Part shown: positions 60,721 through 64,000 of the stretch, one piece after another
How the letters are laid out: each line of letters opens with the position of its first letter
How positions within the stretch are numbered: the first letter of the stretch is position 1
From: Candidatus Poribacteria bacterium
Lineage (GTDB): Bacteria; Poribacteria; WGA-4E; PCPOR2b
Direction of reading: 5' to 3'
NCBI GenBank assembly: GCA_965208325.1
Contig: OZ242326.1
Location: 64,001 to 128,000 of the forward strand
Length of the DNA: 64,000 nt
Notes under the pieces: generated by a model
The model's database searches: none
Told to the model about the DNA's origin: nothing
What the model saw: the letters and a program-made list of their open reading frames with translations, nothing else
Position numbers and translations under genes: made by a program

Positions 60721-61971
60721 TTAATTGCCGTGATTCGCGGAATCTATGGTTTGCCCGCAACGGACGGCTTCGTTATAAACCTCTTGAAGCGGAATGTGGT
60801 ACTGCTCCGCGAGACGTTTACAATCTTCGTATTCGGGTATACTTTTGAGTAGCTTGTCTCCCAAATACCCGTGTTTTACTCGAATGATACCCCATCGAGT
60901 CTTGACTTCGGTGAAATTGCGGGACAGTTTATATCTTTGAACGGTGGAACATCTGACGCCAAATGTTGTTGTTTCCGTGAGTAGCGATTCCATCATCGCC
61001 TCCCGGTGTGTGATATTTGCGAGCACACTCAGTTTCGTCGCCGGCCGCCCTTTCTTCATCAAGATTGGTGTCAGGAAAACGTCTAGCGCCCCTTGATTCA
61101 AAAGTTTCTCCGTGACGTAAGCCGTAATCTCCGGCGAAAGGTCATCAAGGTTCGTTTCGATGAGACAGACTTGTTCGTGCTCGAAGCCGCTTCTCTTTTC
61201 ACCGGTAACCATACGTAGGAGGTTCGGTTGTTCCTCAAGGTCGCGCGTTCCTGCACCGTACCCGATTCGACCTATAACCATTTCGGGCATAGGTCCAAAT
61301 CCACGTCCGAGCGTGGTTACGATTGCCGCGCCCGTGGGAGTCACTAGTTCATGCCGAATTTTGGTTTGATGTACCGGGGTACCCTGCAGCAGTTCTAGCG
61401 TCCCTGGCGCCGGGACGGGCATCAGCCCATGATCGCAGCGGACAAACCCGCTTCCCAGCGATAATGGAGAGGCATAAATCTCCTCAATTCCCAGAAGGTG
61501 AAGTCCAATCACGACGCCGGTGATGTCTACTATTGAATCAACAGCGCTCACCTCGTGCAGGCGAACCCTTTCTTTTGGCATGTTGTGGATTTTTGCTTCT
61601 GCTTCCGCGAGCCGATCGAAAATTTTTTTCGCACGCGAAACTAGAGATTTCTCAAGAGTGCTGTTGTCAAGGATATCTAGAACGTCTGAAAGGCAGCGAC
61701 TCGGCTGATGGGCGTGTCCATGGTGATGGGCGTCGCCGTGAGGATTCTTGGAATGTGATACCGCTGATTTCGATTCGGCTGTTTCCACAACGGCTCGTGT
61801 CCCCGTAATGCCATGTTTAGTTATTTTTTCAAAATGCAAGGCGAATTCGTCAAGGTTTAACTTAGCCAACTCTGTCTTCAGCGCGTCTGGTTGGACGCCA
61901 ACATCAACTAATGCACCAAGTGCCATATCGCCGCTGATGCCCGAGAAGCAATCAAAATATGCGATTTTCAA
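60721..61971 (-). CDS. larC: Nickel-pincer cofactor nickel insertase LarC (likely TTG start 61971)
   Basis: YFDCFSGISGDM.LGAL, His-rich loop, EVSAVDSI.D, PVPAP, TPTGAA, MKKGRP and PEYEDC motifs; AAGGAG RBS. Confidence 0.93.
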   Translation of the reverse strand: MKIAYFDCFSGISGDMALGALVDVGVQPDALKTELAKLNLDEFALHFEKITKHGITGTRAVVETAESKSAVSHSKNPHGDAHHHGHAHQPSRCLSDVLDILDNSTLEKSLVSRAKKIFDRLAEAEAKIHNMPKERVRLHEVSAVDSIVDITGVVIGLHLLGIEEIYASPLSLGSGFVRCDHGLMPVPAPGTLELLQGTPVHQTKIRHELVTPTGAAIVTTLGRGFGPMPEMVIGRIGYGAGTRDLEEQPNLLRMVTGEKRSGFEHEQVCLIETNLDDLSPEITAYVTEKLLNQGALDVFLTPILMKKGRPATKLSVLANITHREAMMESLLTETTTFGVRCSTVQRYKLSRNFTEVKTRWGIIRVKHGYLGDKLLKSIPEYEDCKRLAEQYHIPLQEVYNEAVRCGQTIDSANHGN

Positions 61972-62478
61972 TTGATTCTCCTTTTGGTTTGTATCCTTCA
62001 ACTGTGTAAGTACCATCAATACGCAGGAAGGATTACATTCTCGCTTTCCGCCAATCTAGTTCTTGGCGTTTGCATGTTGCCGTCTGGCACGCTAGGCGCA
62101 CGGTGCTCCTACTATACTGGTAGCATGGCGGCGAATCTTCGATTGGTTAAATTCTAAATTTCAAAAATTTCAGGCGTTGAATCGGCGGCGAATCAAATTG
62201 GAAAACAACCAAGAACAAAATCAGCCCAATTGAACTAGTTCGCTTCAATCCGGTAAATTCAACAATGGGCTGCGTTCCGTCTCCTACAGCGGGGCCATCT
62301 CTATTGTACCAGATTCATCATACTGCTTCAACACGAATGAGAGTGGCACATTGCATTGAGCGACGTATTATCTATTCGAAAATTAGGTAGTCTCATTAAT
62401 ACCGAGATTCATATTTTAGCAGGTAAAATTATTGCGTATCTGCTATAATTACGATAGCTCAATTCCCGGAGGAGAGTT

Positions 62479-62799
62479 ATGAAAACTTATGCTGTCATCT
62501 TCACCTTTGTGCCGAATGCTATGGAACGGCGAAAACCCTATCGTGATGCGCATCTAAAGCACTTTAATGAACTTAGAGACGCTGGCAAAATTATTATGGC
62601 CGGTCCGTGGGCGGACGCATATGATGGGGGACTAATTTTATTCCGGGCGGAATCTCAGATGGAAGTAGAGGCGATAATTCAGGACGACGCCTACTATAAA
62701 GCTGATCTTTGGCCTGAGATACAAATCCGTGAGTGGAACGTGGTTATATCGTCGCAATCGGCGTTTTTGGATGCAATAGCCCTGCCTTATCCGGTATGA
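62479..62799 (+). CDS. YciI family protein
   Basis: RR..YR.AHL, AGP...GG and DAYY motifs. Confidence 0.85.
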   Translation: MKTYAVIFTFVPNAMERRKPYRDAHLKHFNELRDAGKIIMAGPWADAYDGGLILFRAESQMEVEAIIQDDAYYKADLWPEIQIREWNVVISSQSAFLDAIALPYPV

Positions 62800-62864
62800 A
62801 CATCTACGCAGGGCAGGAATAAACATAAGATTATGCAAAAATCGAGCATTTTCAGGGAGTCGGC

Positions 62865-63935
62865 ATGAAAGCGGTTGTATTTCACGCACGTAACCAGCCC
62901 TTGCTACTGGAAGAAGTAGAGTTGCCTTTTCCTGGTCCTGATGAGGTGCTTGTGCAAGTTATGGCGTGCGGCGCAGACATTACTGACTGGAAGATACTGG
63001 ATGGGTTTGCTTACATACCTAAACTGCCAATTGTGCTTGGCCACGAGACAGCAGGAGTTGTGGCAGAAGTCGGAAGCGAAGTGACAAGCTTCAAGCCCGG
63101 TGACCGTGTTGCAGTCTACAACTATTTCTACTGCGGCAAATGTTCCAATTGCCGCGCCCGCAGGGAACAGCTCTGCTTGAACATGGCTGGGCTCTTAGGA
63201 ATACTTGAGCGGGACGGCGGTTACAAGGAGTACACCACGGTGCCCGCCCGGCAACTTGTCCTCGTTCCAAAAAACGTTGCGTGGCATGATGCTGCGGTGT
63301 GCTGTGATGCGGGAATCACGGCAGTTCATGCTGTTGATAGGAGTGGGGTGAAACTGGGAGAAACTGTACTTGTCATCGGCGTTGGGGGCGTGGGCGCAGT
63401 AGTAACGCAGCTGTGCAAGCTGGCGGGCGCTCGTGTCGTGACTGTTGACCAGTCCGAGGTGAAAGTGCGGCGCGCCCGGGAAATGGGTGCCGATACTGCG
63501 CTCAACTCGCGTGAGGTAGACATCACTCAAGCCGTCCTTGACCTCACTGAAGGCGAAGGCGCAGACTGTGTAATGGACGTTGTCGGGGTTGAGGAGACCG
63601 TAACCTACGGAATGGATTCACTGCGGCGCGGCGGGCGGCTCGTGCTTGTCGGATATACCGAGGAACGATACCCGCTGAAAGGTGAGCAGCTTGACCAAAA
63701 CGAACTGACTATCATTGGCACTCGTGGCGGCCGGATGCTAGACCTAATCACTACAGTTCAACTGGTAGCCGCGGGCAAGATTAAGTCCATCGTCACAGAT
63801 TTTTACCCCCTGGAAAAAGCCAACGACGCCCTTGCCTTCTTGCGGGCTGGAAAAGCGTTAGGTCGAGTTGTGTTGCTAACACCAGCCGGCAGAAAGGCGG
63901 TTGGACGACGATCTACCGCACCGCCAATGGGATAG
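62865..63935 (+). CDS. Zn-dependent alcohol dehydrogenase (MDR family)
   Basis: ACG...TD, GHE.AG, CGKCSNC....C and G.GGVG motifs. Confidence 0.93.
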   Translation: MKAVVFHARNQPLLLEEVELPFPGPDEVLVQVMACGADITDWKILDGFAYIPKLPIVLGHETAGVVAEVGSEVTSFKPGDRVAVYNYFYCGKCSNCRARREQLCLNMAGLLGILERDGGYKEYTTVPARQLVLVPKNVAWHDAAVCCDAGITAVHAVDRSGVKLGETVLVIGVGGVGAVVTQLCKLAGARVVTVDQSEVKVRRAREMGADTALNSREVDITQAVLDLTEGEGADCVMDVVGVEETVTYGMDSLRRGGRLVLVGYTEERYPLKGEQLDQNELTIIGTRGGRMLDLITTVQLVAAGKIKSIVTDFYPLEKANDALAFLRAGKALGRVVLLTPAGRKAVGRRSTAPPMG

Positions 63936-64000
63936 GAATCGACCAATCGCTCGTATTTGAAAATTTCTGCATTACTCATCAATGCGTTAAATTGCCTCAT

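Noticed and set aside
2..64000. Numerous 60-180 aa ORFs overlapping the called genes in other frames or antisense
   Set aside because: They are shadow ORFs of well-supported genes with no independent motifs.

Overview
Bacterial chromosomal window. The UBact operon, PhyH, Gfo/Idh/MocA genes and GTAG-type REP repeats fit Candidatus Poribacteria or a similar lineage (inference only). In order: 5'-truncated valS; a complete UBact-proteasome operon (arc-dop-ubact-prcB-prcA-pafA, minus strand); an SOS mutagenesis cassette (short imuB-like, dnaE2, SRAP) interrupted by a 211-bp MITE. An accessory/defence region (about 15.4-28 kb) follows. It holds a 2.0-kb element with two DUF1670 genes bounded by inverted repeats and apparently inserted in a REP hairpin, a dense REP patch, a 1425-aa nuclease-STAND-TPR (Avs-like) protein with an antitoxin-like tail coupled to a PIN gene, and a type III R-M pair. 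After that come an HTH gene with tandem operator-like repeats, a partner-switching signalling cluster with no sigma factor in the window, moaC, an uncharacterised four-gene DUF6754 membrane operon, a sugar ABC transporter with catabolic enzymes, kefC-like, uxuA, dtd, larC, yciI and a Zn-ADH. No rRNA, tRNA or CRISPR array was found. Best novel candidates: the DUF1670 element with no known transposase, and the STAND-antitoxin fusion plus PIN module. All domain calls come from motif recognition by eye, not database searches.
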